Assembly (NCBI GenBank): GCA_008369845.1
Contig: MRSU01002443.1
Location: forward strand, 1-42,075
Direction of reading: 5' to 3'
DNA: 42,075 bases
DNA from: Trichomonas gallinae
Lineage: Eukaryota
Below are positions 32,536 through 42,075 of this stretch, in pieces. Position numbers and translations under genes: made by a program. Every line of letters begins with the position of its first letter. Position 1 is the stretch's first letter. The notes below the pieces were generated by a model that saw only the letters and a list, made by a program, of their open reading frames with translations, was not told the DNA's origin and ran no database searches.

Positions 32536-33036
32536 TTAGTGTATGAACAAATTCTCTGGGAGTAAGTTGAAGTCAAGATTAAAGCTTGTTGTGTCGAATA
32601 AAGAGAAGAATTGCTCCTCAATATCAAGATGCATAGGGTGCTTTGGTGCAGGCTCCTGCTCAGCTACTGGTTCAGCTGGAGATTTAACCTTGTCCATCTG
32701 TTTCTTCTTTTCACGGAGTCTGAAACGATTCCTAACACCATTAGCTGACCTATTCCTGAAGTATGAAGCAATCTTTGTCCATCTTGAGCCGTATTTATTA
32801 TAAAGCTTATCGAGAAGCTTGTCTTCTTCTTCTGTCCAAGGCTGAGAAGTGAGTGACGGTGACAAATAATTGTTCCATCTGTCACGGCATTGCCTTGGTG
32901 ACCTAACCTTCATCTCTATTGAGATCGCTTCCCAGTCCCTTGTGCCCATAAGATCGATTAATCTTATGAGCTTGTCGTCTTCTTCAGGTGTGAACTTTAC
33001 TTTGGGCAATTTGCTGTAGGCAGAGCTCTTCGGCAT
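32536..33036 (-). CDS. R2R3 Myb DNA-binding protein (trichomonad type)
   Basis: KVKFTPEEDDKL...RSPRQCRDRWNNYLSP...WTEEEDKLL...YGSRWTKIA...VRNRF; TCATT Inr upstream. Confidence 0.95.
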   Translation of the reverse strand: MPKSSAYSKLPKVKFTPEEDDKLIRLIDLMGTRDWEAISIEMKVRSPRQCRDRWNNYLSPSLTSQPWTEEEDKLLDKLYNKYGSRWTKIASYFRNRSANGVRNRFRLREKKKQMDKVKSPAEPVAEQEPAPKHPMHLDIEEQFFSLFDTTSFNLDFNLLPENLFIH

Positions 33037-34710
33037 CAGTTTGAAAAAAATGAAGAAAAATTGAATTGAAAAATTTGTGAGTATGTTTTGAAATTGTTTT
33101 AATTGGCGTATGATTGTCTTGCTGTGCTGCGTGGCATGCGTTTAATAGCAAAGACATTGTTGTAAAAAAGTGCGAAGCGGTTGATTCCTTCATAAAAATT
33201 TGAATAGAAGAAAAATTTTACATCTTGGATAATTTAGCTAATCACTATTAGTTAAATTAAACTATCAGTAGTAAAAATTTGTTAGAACGCCCATATCAAA
33301 ATTTAAAACAATGGTTTCCCTTAGCAACTTTTTAATACTATTCCGCAAATACTACAAGATTTTCCATATCAGTATAAATAATTTTGCAAATCAGTATTTC
33401 CATTCAAAATTTTTGTTAACATCTTTCAAAAATTGAAATCCAATTCATATTCATAAGATTTTTGGCGAGCATTTAGCTAAATTTCTTACTATTTGGTGAA
33501 AAAATGCCTATATTTTTGAATTTAATTTTTTTCCAATGATTATGCTAATTTTTCCGTAGTTTACAAAAAACAAACTATTCTTCTCAATTTATAAAACGAT
33601 CAAACAAGTATTTCATGCTGCTGCATTTTGCGCGCAATCGTTTTCCGAATTTATGTTTTACATCTCTTCACAAATTTTTGTCATCACTTATATTACTATC
33701 ATAACACTCTATAGCTTAAATTACTCAAAACTTATACATTCAAACTTGTGCCAATTCACGCATTCAATCTTGTTTGATCACTCAAGTGAAGCATTAAATT
33801 CCGACTGCTTATCATGTTTAGAACGAATTATTTTCCGCTGAAGAAATTAAATGAAAAGCACCAGTCTCAGGAAATGTCCTCAAAACAGTTATCTCTTGAT
33901 TATATCCCTACCAACTTTTAGAATTCATTGAAAAAAATCCACTCAATTTCACTCAGGTGGAAAAAAAATGAAACAAAAGTTAGAAGAGATATAATTTATA
34001 CAGTGCTCACAGAGTGCAGATCAATTTATTTCCAAAATTCTAAAAATCTCTTAATTGGTCAAGTTCGTTCTACAAATTCTCTGACAAAAAATTGTACCAC
34101 TTTGAGATCATGTATAATAGAGACTTTGCTGTCAATCACGATGTTTGATAAGGATATTGGAGGTAATGTGAAAAAAAATTATTTTGATTCTTAAATTATC
34201 ACAATGGGAGTAAGGCGTTTTATTTGTTGCGTTATGATAAGGATAAATATTTTGTTGTATTACGTTTAAAATAACTTTTTGAATTCGATTCTTATTTGTT
34301 CACCTTGAAAGTTAAAATTGAGGTTTGTTCCATTATATAGTAAGGAATTCTATATGTGAATTCCTCAATTTTGATTGCCAAAATTCATTAATGTCTTTGT
34401 TGTAATTCAATATACCAATTTGCATTCTCTCAGTTTGTTAAAAATATCAATTACTACAAGTGCACTGATATCTTTAACAAAATTCGAATTTTTCAAAAAA
34501 AATTAACAAACTCTAAAATATTTACTTAAAAGTTGTGTTCAATTCATCAAATGAATTGTTTACATCCAAAAGAATATATATGTCTGAGAATATATGTCTT
34601 TTAACGCTTTTATCCATGAAGACATAATCATTAACAAATATAGATAGTATTCAGCAAAAATAAATGCTAAGATAATAATAAATAGTAAAATTTTACATTA
34701 TTATTTGTTT

Positions 34711-37700
34711 TTATACAATTGTAACTCTGAATTCCTGATGGATTGGTACAGTACCTGCTTCATGGCTGACTGATCCAGAGAATGATATTCCTGGAATCCT
34801 GTACACGCCTGGCTTGAATGCCAAAGCTGAAAATTCGGCCTTGTATTCGTTTGCTTCGCAAAGTGTCACTTTTGTGACTCCAACCCATCTACAGGCAGTT
34901 GGGCCGATTTTATCTTTTGTCACGAATGCGATTGGGAGTGGTGATATGATTGTATCCTCCTCCAGTCCCTCAGCTCTCACTGTGACTTTGATGAGGCCGC
35001 CTCTCTTCAACTCAACATGTGACTTGCAGTCGACAACGAATCTGTGCGGTTTCTTGGCAGCGCTGAATGATATATTCTTCTGAGACAAAAGAACATCATC
35101 GCCATCACCAATTGTGAAGAGGACAGCGAGTGGTGCATTACCCATCATCTCAACTCTCCACTGCTCAACTTTCTCTTCTGTTTCATCTGCTGGGAAGACT
35201 ACAAAAGTCTCAGGAATATTAACTTTGAGCGGCTCTTTGTTGATTGGTAATGTCTTGACGATATGACCTGTTTGAGACATGAATCCATAGATCCTGAGTC
35301 CATCGAAAGCTGGTGTAAGCGTCATAGCAATCGCGTGTCCATTATTATCGTTCGGGCGCTTGAATGCGCGTGTTTCGATCTTTGCTGCTGGTGAAACTGA
35401 CACTTTTGCAACAGCAAATCCGCACTTATTGTTCTGTATTGATGCGATGAAGTGGAACGTGTTGTCATTGAGCTTCGTGGCTCTGAAGATCAGAGGGACG
35501 TTATACTTGTTTCCTGGAAGCAATTCTTCTTGTATTGTAACAACAGAGCACTCGCCGATGCTTTCAGTGCCGCCAGCATAAGTGATTGAGTGCGGGTGGT
35601 CAAATGCGATGCTGAACGATTTGATTGGGAACTCGCCGCGATTTTCGACAACAGCGTTGAACCTGATGCACTGCCATGCGATGACCTTCTCTGGGAGTCC
35701 TTCTATTGTCAAAGATATCTGTGGGAATCCTTTGACGACGCTGAAGTTAAGTGGTCCGCACTCTATTTCTGTATCTACGTATCCCCAGTAGTTCTTTGCG
35801 AACTTTGCGATCTTGAAGTCACCTTCCTCGTGCGCTGTGAATCCGTACTTGATGTCTGTGCACTTGTAGTCCTTGATGTCTTTGTTGTTCACACTGTCGA
35901 TCTCGAAGATTTTGTCGCCTGTAGCTTTTCCTGTGTATTCTGGGACAAGGACAGACGTGTCGAGGTGAACTGTGAACTTGTAGCGATTATATAATGTGAT
36001 GACGAAGAAAACTTTCTGGTCGAGGCCGATGACTTTCTTAGAGCTGATTGGCGTGACTGCGTCCCAGTGTTCAATTGACTTGGTGAACGACCTGTCGAGT
36101 CTGATTGAATGCCAGTTGTCTACATCCCTTTCTACGAGAGTGAATTCTGACTTGTCGAATCCGAAAAATTCTGGGGTCGATGAATCAATCATTCTCAGGC
36201 CTTTGACTTCGACAAGCGGATTAATTCTGATGTTGAGGACAGACTTGGACATTGATGGGTCGTTGTATGGTGCGAAGAACTGAGAAATAGTCTTCTCGTG
36301 AAGCCATGGCTGAAGATTTCTGAGGCTCAACAGTTCCTTGCATTCCATGAGAGATCTCGCGCCTTGTCCTAAAATGAAGAGTTCCACTGTCTTGTCAAGC
36401 CAGACATTCTGATATATAAGAGGCCAGTTGTCTTTGGGAAGGACTTTCATGAGCCAAATCGCGCATCTTAACGCGTGAGCGTGTTGTCCGCATTGTTTGT
36501 AGAGTGAAAGAGCAAATGACGTGTAGCTCCATGACTTGTGGTCGCTTCTTGTGAGGCCAGCGAATCTTTCGTAAGCCAAAGCTGTGATTAAAATCTTATT
36601 ATGTGATGCGCCTTGCCATAGCCTCCTAATATTATCGAGAAGCTTCTTGCAAAGACCGAGAGCGAGATCATCTTCGCCTACGGCAGAGTGCATCTCAATG
36701 GCAAGCATGGGAATAAACAAAATTAATCTGAGATTGTTTGTTGAAGCAATATAAGACAAGATGTCGATGACATCTTTCTTAAATTGCTGGGATCCTTGCA
36801 TAGGAAGAACTAAATGAGTGAGGGCAACGATGAAATGTGCATTTGCACGTAAAGTTGGTTGGTTGTCGAGATTTTTGATGAAAAGATCGTAATTCTTTTG
36901 TGCATCTGCATATTTACCTGTGATAAGGAATAAGGAAGCGAGTTGAGAGTAAATAATCTTTTTCCATGGGATTTGATAAACATGAGTGACACGCTCTGGT
37001 ACCGAGTTCTTAGACTTGAAGAAATTTTTAACAGAATTCGAGAATTTGTTTTGTTCTTCGATTTCGAACATTCTTGCCGAAATTGTTCGTTTAATGTATT
37101 TCTCAACTACTTCGTAGAGCTTGGTAACTGCGTTCCTGGAGTTTGTGAAATCTAAGTCAGTTAAGTCTTGGCAGAATTTAGGATCGTTGATGATATGACC
37201 GTCGAATCTGAACAAATTTCTGGCTACAACCATGTCCGGTGTGTTTGTTGACTTTTCTGTGCGTGTTCTAAATGGAAAAGCGATGACTTCTTCGAAGCTT
37301 CCTCTGCCTTGTGTCATTTCCTTTGGTGCATCAGAAGAAACATGTGTGTCATATACTACTACTTTGACGATTGGTATTGTTGTCAAAAACTCCTTCATCC
37401 ATTCTGGGAAATTAAGTAATTTTCTTAATTCTTCTGCGTGTAAACTTGGATTTCCTGCAGCAACAGCGTAAACAATAGTTTGTGGAAGATCGAAGAAATC
37501 GAATTCTGAATATCTGAGAGATGCGCAAAGGTTGAAAACAAGTCTTTTATACCACGGCGGTGATGTGGACTCGTAAGACGGGAATCTAAGTTTGTTTTTA
37601 AGCGAGCCATAGTCTGGACTGAATTCTGGTTTAACTTCATCGCTTGTTTCGAATTCTGGGAAAGCAAATGATTTTCCGTATGTTGTAGTGTCTTGCTGGA

Positions 37701-37932
37701 CTTTTGCGAGGAAGTCTTCCTGTCTTCCTGGGACTATCCTCTCTGCTGGAACGATTCTTACTGGATTTGGAAGCTGCATTCCAATTGCGCCAACAAGATC
37801 ATTAAAGCTAAAGCCTGCATTCTTGATAATTTTGTCTGCCTCAGGGTCAACGAATGTAACTACAAGAGGTGAGTACCTGTTTTTCAAAAATTCCTTCGGA
37901 GAGAAATTTCTGAAAGGCTCTGCAGTCTCCAT
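34711..37932 (-). CDS. TRAPP III subunit TRAPPC8/Trs85-like protein
   Basis: N-terminal YSPLVVTFVDPEADKIIKNAGFSFNDLV, PPWY, EFDFFDLPQTIVY, a TPR-like helical middle, Ig-like C-terminal domains and RWVG: the Trs85 architecture. Confidence 0.78.
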   Translation of the reverse strand: METAEPFRNFSPKEFLKNRYSPLVVTFVDPEADKIIKNAGFSFNDLVGAIGMQLPNPVRIVPAERIVPGRQEDFLAKVQQDTTTYGKSFAFPEFETSDEVKPEFSPDYGSLKNKLRFPSYESTSPPWYKRLVFNLCASLRYSEFDFFDLPQTIVYAVAAGNPSLHAEELRKLLNFPEWMKEFLTTIPIVKVVVYDTHVSSDAPKEMTQGRGSFEEVIAFPFRTRTEKSTNTPDMVVARNLFRFDGHIINDPKFCQDLTDLDFTNSRNAVTKLYEVVEKYIKRTISARMFEIEEQNKFSNSVKNFFKSKNSVPERVTHVYQIPWKKIIYSQLASLFLITGKYADAQKNYDLFIKNLDNQPTLRANAHFIVALTHLVLPMQGSQQFKKDVIDILSYIASTNNLRLILFIPMLAIEMHSAVGEDDLALGLCKKLLDNIRRLWQGASHNKILITALAYERFAGLTRSDHKSWSYTSFALSLYKQCGQHAHALRCAIWLMKVLPKDNWPLIYQNVWLDKTVELFILGQGARSLMECKELLSLRNLQPWLHEKTISQFFAPYNDPSMSKSVLNIRINPLVEVKGLRMIDSSTPEFFGFDKSEFTLVERDVDNWHSIRLDRSFTKSIEHWDAVTPISSKKVIGLDQKVFFVITLYNRYKFTVHLDTSVLVPEYTGKATGDKIFEIDSVNNKDIKDYKCTDIKYGFTAHEEGDFKIAKFAKNYWGYVDTEIECGPLNFSVVKGFPQISLTIEGLPEKVIAWQCIRFNAVVENRGEFPIKSFSIAFDHPHSITYAGGTESIGECSVVTIQEELLPGNKYNVPLIFRATKLNDNTFHFIASIQNNKCGFAVAKVSVSPAAKIETRAFKRPNDNNGHAIAMTLTPAFDGLRIYGFMSQTGHIVKTLPINKEPLKVNIPETFVVFPADETEEKVEQWRVEMMGNAPLAVLFTIGDGDDVLLSQKNISFSAAKKPHRFVVDCKSHVELKRGGLIKVTVRAEGLEEDTIISPLPIAFVTKDKIGPTACRWVGVTKVTLCEANEYKAEFSALAFKPGVYRIPGISFSGSVSHEAGTVPIHQEFRVTIV

Positions 37933-37942
37933 AAATTTATAA

Positions 37943-37947
37943 AAAGG
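37943..37947 (-). promoter_or_regulatory. CCTTT (T. vaginalis motif 5-like alternative initiator)
   Basis: Minus strand ctgCCTTTttataaatttATG; no nearby TCAYW Inr. Confidence 0.5.
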
Positions 37948-37996
37948 CAGGGCGAGAAACTACGATTATTTTGTAAACTCTTTAATAATATGACAC

Positions 37997-38266
37997 TTTG
38001 TAAACTAACAATGTCAAATTTATTGTTTTGTAAACTAATGATGTCGGATTTATTGTTTTGTAAACTAATAATGTCGGATTTATTGTTTTGTAAACTAACA
38101 ATGTCAGATTTATTGTTTTGTAAACTAATGATGTCGGATTTATTGTTTTGTAAACTAACAATGTCAGATTTATTGTTTTGTAAACTAATAATGTCAGATT
38201 TATTGTTTTGTAAACTAATAATGTCAGATTTATTGTTTTGTAAACTAATAATGTCAGATTTATTGT
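37997..38266. repeat. Tandem array, 9 x 30 bp, consensus TTTGTAAACTAA(T/C)(A/G)ATGTC(A/G)GATTTATTGT
   Basis: Units start at 37997, 38027 ... 38237; no spacers; variation limited to a few positions. Confidence 0.97.
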
Positions 38267-38727
38267 AAGGTATCACATTCCATATATAACCAGAATACTA
38301 CCAAAAACTTGGAAAATTACTCATAATTGGATATTCATAACATTGGCTAAAGAATTAATATATATAAATTGAGGAATTTTAGAGAAAAAAGAGGACATTC
38401 AATAGTCTTGTTCCAAGGATGTCAGCCATTCCAGCGACTGATATGTCTTTGATTGAGGGCGTTCTTGGATATTGCTGTGCGTGTAGCATGCGCGCATTCT
38501 AGTTTGTAAACATTATTTGTCAGATAATCTTTTGCAAAGTTATAACCATAATAATTATGAAAATGGCGCTTAAGAATAGAATCTGAGAAGCTTGATGAAA
38601 TAATATATATACGTGAAACATTCATTTTAAGCATTTTATATAATGTTTGAATGTTAGATGAAATACACTAACATTGTTATTGCAGCATATGAAGGAATTT
38701 CGCTTAAAATTTTACAAATTACGAGTT

Positions 38728-39570
38728 TCAGGTCAAAAACTTAGCAGTGAATTCGGAAATGTATGTATATGATTGCTCTGTATAAGGGAAATATTTCATC
38801 CAAAACTCATCGAGATCAATTTCAGATCCATCTCTAAGTTTAAGCCAATATGGATTTTCTGCTGATATATCGCAGTTAAGAAGATCTACTGATTTGCTAT
38901 TATCTGTAAATGTTAAAATATTATCTTCTGAAAGAGATATTGTGTGTTTTCCTGATCCAAAGGTCCAACCACGAGAAATTACTGATAAAACTATCGCAGG
39001 AAGCTTAGTACTGATTGAGTGAAAAGGCCCAAAGTGAAAATACAATGATCGAAAAATTTCTTCAGAAATTTGTGTTGTTCCATAAATTAGCTGAATTAAT
39101 TGGGCGAGAGTTGTAAATCCACCATAATTCGCATGCGTGAACTTATCAAAACTCTGTGCCTTGCAATCTTTAAATTCCCTATTAAATTTTTGCCAAAGAT
39201 AGGTGATATTCACGTTCCACTCTTCCTCAATGCGTGTTCTTGGATTTTGTTGGATTTCCGCTCTGTTTTTTGTGAATTTATACCATTTTCCCCATTCTAG
39301 AGTTTCTAATTTTATGTATCCAAATATTGACAAGTTTTTAAGAACTGATTTTGGTTGAATATCCAGTGCTTCCCCGAATAACTGAGGATTTACTATTAAG
39401 TTCCCATAAGTATCTCTGAAAATTCCAATATTATTCATTTTTTCTCTGGAATTTTGGACCCATTCCAGTGCTAATATGATCTTCTGGTCAAAATTTAGTT
39501 TATTCGATCCTTTAGACTTTGATTTCAGAATTATTCCTAGTTGAGGCGGAATCATATTTGGATCATTCAT
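38728..39570 (-). CDS. Initiator-binding-domain (IBD, IBP39-like winged helix) protein, divergent
   Basis: LGIILKSKS...FDQKIILALEWVQN...IGI...LIVNPQLFGEALDIQPKSVLKNLSIFGY resembles the parabasalid IBD pattern (F..KL..LL.W...GI.W...N...L...M.IK.NTLN.NLR..GF). First ATG at 39570 after TCATT at 39582-39586. Confidence 0.7.
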   Translation of the reverse strand: MNDPNMIPPQLGIILKSKSKGSNKLNFDQKIILALEWVQNSREKMNNIGIFRDTYGNLIVNPQLFGEALDIQPKSVLKNLSIFGYIKLETLEWGKWYKFTKNRAEIQQNPRTRIEEEWNVNITYLWQKFNREFKDCKAQSFDKFTHANYGGFTTLAQLIQLIYGTTQISEEIFRSLYFHFGPFHSISTKLPAIVLSVISRGWTFGSGKHTISLSEDNILTFTDNSKSVDLLNCDISAENPYWLKLRDGSEIDLDEFWMKYFPYTEQSYTYISEFTAKFLT

Positions 39571-39905
39571 TATAATGGCCAAATGATTTTAAAATTTTCG
39601 CATACTAAGGTAATATCAGTGTTTTAACATTGATAATTGTCAAATATATTAAATAAACAATTAAAAATAATTTAATTGTGCAAATGAGCATCTGTTACAT
39701 CGTCATTTATTTGTTATTAAGTAGATTATTTGTTTTCGAATAACTTTGGCTGCTGTTTAAAAAATAATTTTTAAGATTCAATTTAACAAATTAAAAATAG
39801 GTTTTATTCATAAGGAAATCATTGACTTATTTTTACATTGTGATAAAGAAGCTTAAATTAGAATCAAAGTTTTATTTTTCAATCAAAAAATTAATATATT
39901 CAAAA

Positions 39906-41540
39906 TTATTTTTGTGTTGAGTCTGTTTGTGCATTCTTCTTTTCGTCTACATCTTTCTTGAGATTTGTGAGAATCTTCCATGCGTGTCTGGCAGGTTCTT
40001 GCTGATAGTATGGAATCTTTGTGTATGAGTAGTTCAAAGTCTGCTCAATCTCAGCCATTTTATCATCACTGAATGGCCTTGCCTCGCCAAATGCTGTCAA
40101 GTTAGTAGAAAAGATGGGAACAGCTGTGAACATATCTGTGAATTCTTTGATGCCTAAAACAGGGATTGGCTTTGAGTGTGCTTTTCTGCCCTTCGGGAAA
40201 ATGACGAAATGTGGGTCAGCATATCTCGTTGGGAATCCATCTTTCACGCCATTTCTTGATGTATCGATAAATCCGAATTTCATTGTGGTGACGTTTGCCT
40301 GTTCTACCATTTCGATGAAATTCTTATAATCTCTGAATGCTTGTGAGCATCTTCTGCAGTTTTGACGAACATATAACATAAGAATATCTTTATCTAGGTC
40401 AGATTGTATGTATTCATCGTAGTTTGAGCCGACGATCTTCCTAAAGTAGTCCTTCTTACTTGATTCGTCATCTTTTTCGCTCTTATAATCTGGTAAAATC
40501 TTTTTGTTCTTTATCTGTAAAAGAAACTGTGCAAATGGATTGATCCATGTTGATGCATTAAACTTTGGATCTGGAACCATGCTGCTCAATGAAGAAATAT
40601 TATATGTATACATATGTTTCAAGCTGAAGACAGCCAAAAATGTTGGGTTCTTATCCGCATCTAATAACTCATTAACATGTTTGCGAGCGTTGCTATCTAA
40701 GAATCCAAATTCAAAATCGTTGAAATTGCTTCCAAGCTCATGCATGAACTTCATTTGATCTTCACTAGGTCTGTCGACAATGATTGTAACTATTGGCTTA
40801 TCTAAAAGCTTGAGATCTCTCAAAGAGAAAGTTGTATAAGTTGGATTCTTGGCTGCACGAAGAAGCTGCGATTTGACAATGTCAGCTTTCTGAGCATCTG
40901 TCTTCTTTGCATCTGCGCTCTTAATTTGTATAGCATCAAGGACGTAATCATCAATTCTGTAATAAGCAAAATCGTCTGGATTGATTCCGATGCCCTTTGC
41001 GAGTTCATCAGATAGGATTTCAAGATTTGTTGGTCCCCAAGCGCGAAGAATTTGTTGGTGGGCTAATTTTGCAATATTCAAATTTCTTAAACAGGAAAAG
41101 AATGTTAGGCGTGTTTTACCAATAGCATTTTGTAAGTCTCTTTGTGTGTTTAATAATTTGACCTTTGGATTTAAGTAGTCTTCGATCAAAAATCCAATAT
41201 GCCTAGCTTCTTTAATATTTCCAACGTAATCGACGATTTGTCCATCCTTGATGAAAGTTAAAGTGGATTTTCTTGGTGTATTTGTTCCAAGCTGCTTTCG
41301 TAATGATTTTCCATCAATAAGTGCGAAATAAATGCTGCCATTGTAGAGTGTTGAAAATCCTGAGTACTCAGTTGCAAGATCTGAGCTATCTTTAGCCAGA
41401 GTAAGACCGACTAAAAGTGAATAATTGTGAGAAAGATTTGCAGCTTCTTCGTAGCTCATCTGCTTGAGAGCAAGCGTCCTAGAGAGCTCTGGAGAAATGT
41501 AATACGAGCGAGAAAAGCTGAAGAAAAGAAATGAAAACAT
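39906..41540 (-). CDS. Secretory multi-thioredoxin-fold (PDI-like) protein
   Basis: Signal peptide MFSFLFFSFSRS; C-terminal Trx-like KIVGSNYDEYI...KDILMLYVRQNCRRC...FGFIDTSRN...PHFVIFPKG. Confidence 0.8.
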   Translation of the reverse strand: MFSFLFFSFSRSYYISPELSRTLALKQMSYEEAANLSHNYSLLVGLTLAKDSSDLATEYSGFSTLYNGSIYFALIDGKSLRKQLGTNTPRKSTLTFIKDGQIVDYVGNIKEARHIGFLIEDYLNPKVKLLNTQRDLQNAIGKTRLTFFSCLRNLNIAKLAHQQILRAWGPTNLEILSDELAKGIGINPDDFAYYRIDDYVLDAIQIKSADAKKTDAQKADIVKSQLLRAAKNPTYTTFSLRDLKLLDKPIVTIIVDRPSEDQMKFMHELGSNFNDFEFGFLDSNARKHVNELLDADKNPTFLAVFSLKHMYTYNISSLSSMVPDPKFNASTWINPFAQFLLQIKNKKILPDYKSEKDDESSKKDYFRKIVGSNYDEYIQSDLDKDILMLYVRQNCRRCSQAFRDYKNFIEMVEQANVTTMKFGFIDTSRNGVKDGFPTRYADPHFVIFPKGRKAHSKPIPVLGIKEFTDMFTAVPIFSTNLTAFGEARPFSDDKMAEIEQTLNYSYTKIPYYQQEPARHAWKILTNLKKDVDEKKNAQTDSTQK

Positions 41541-42075
41541 TTAAAAATGTCACTTTTATGGAAAATAATACTTTAAATAAACAAGAAATGGTCGGAAATC
41601 AAGCTATTTTTATTTGATTTTTCGATCTAAACACGACTTGTAAAAGATATAAAATTGACAAAATCAAAGATCAATTATTTCCAATATTTAATGTCTGAAA
41701 TATATTCAAATCATACATATTATGCTGTATACTAATGCATTACAACAAATTCAAATTATAAATTATTTTTCAAATATTGAAAAGCAAATCGTCTGGAATT
41801 GAAATATATTAATAACTGCATGTACTACCATCTATATTATGAGTAATGAAATTCCAATTCGTTTCAAATTCGGATTGAAATCTAAAAAATAGATATTTTA
41901 AATTTAAAATCTGTATTTTGATTTTGAGAGATTTAATATATTCGTGATAAAGTTATGAGTTTTTAAAAATCATGATGCATTGCAATGAAATATATAATTA
42001 TTCTTGAACATTCAATTTTGAATTGAAACGGTTATAATTATATCATGAATAAAAGATGCTTAAAATGATTCAAAA

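Noticed and set aside
37884..38276. ORFs with SDIISLQNNK / CKLMMSDLLF repeats; possible CRISPR
   Set aside because: They are translations of the 30-bp tandem array (a multiple of 3 without stops). There are no unique spacers or cas genes and the context is eukaryotic.
2786..41178. Many short ORFs antisense to or nested in the long genes
   Set aside because: Shadow frames of real CDSs with no recognisable motifs.
42027..42075. Motif-3-like AACGGTTA followed by ATGCTTAAAATG at the window end
   Set aside because: Could be the start of the next gene, but there is too little sequence to support it.

Overview
AT-rich (roughly 70% by eye), gene-dense eukaryotic DNA, apparently almost intron-free, from a trichomonad (Trichomonas-like parabasalid). 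The assignment rests on a hydrogenosomal PFOR with an MLRNF presequence, TCAYW initiator (Inr) elements just upstream of ATGs, TAAA stop/polyA signals, a trichomonad-type R2R3 Myb and an IBP39-like initiator-binding-domain protein. About 18 protein genes are present: PFOR (5' part), a large propeller/pseudo-GTPase protein, glucosidase II alpha, a nucleoplasmin-like protein, a polo-like kinase, UBA3, a DDB1/CPSF160/SF3B3-like propeller, LCAT/LPLA2, Sar1, TMEM181-like, a divergent kinase, a DHHC palmitoyltransferase, a small TM protein, a calmodulin-like protein, an HSL-family esterase, Myb, TRAPPC8/Trs85, an IBD protein and a PDI-like protein. There is also a formate-nitrite transporter pseudogene. 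The most striking unexplained signal is non-coding. An 11-bp element, TTTAC(A/G)TGTCA, occurs 12 times exactly in intergenic DNA. It is often fused to the Inr, is built into a palindromic array upstream of glucosidase II, and its half-sites recur in a 9 x 30-bp tandem array upstream of TRAPPC8. It is a candidate uncharacterised cis-regulatory system. No CRISPR, rRNA, tRNA or recognisable transposon was seen. All homology calls are from motif recognition by eye, not database searches.
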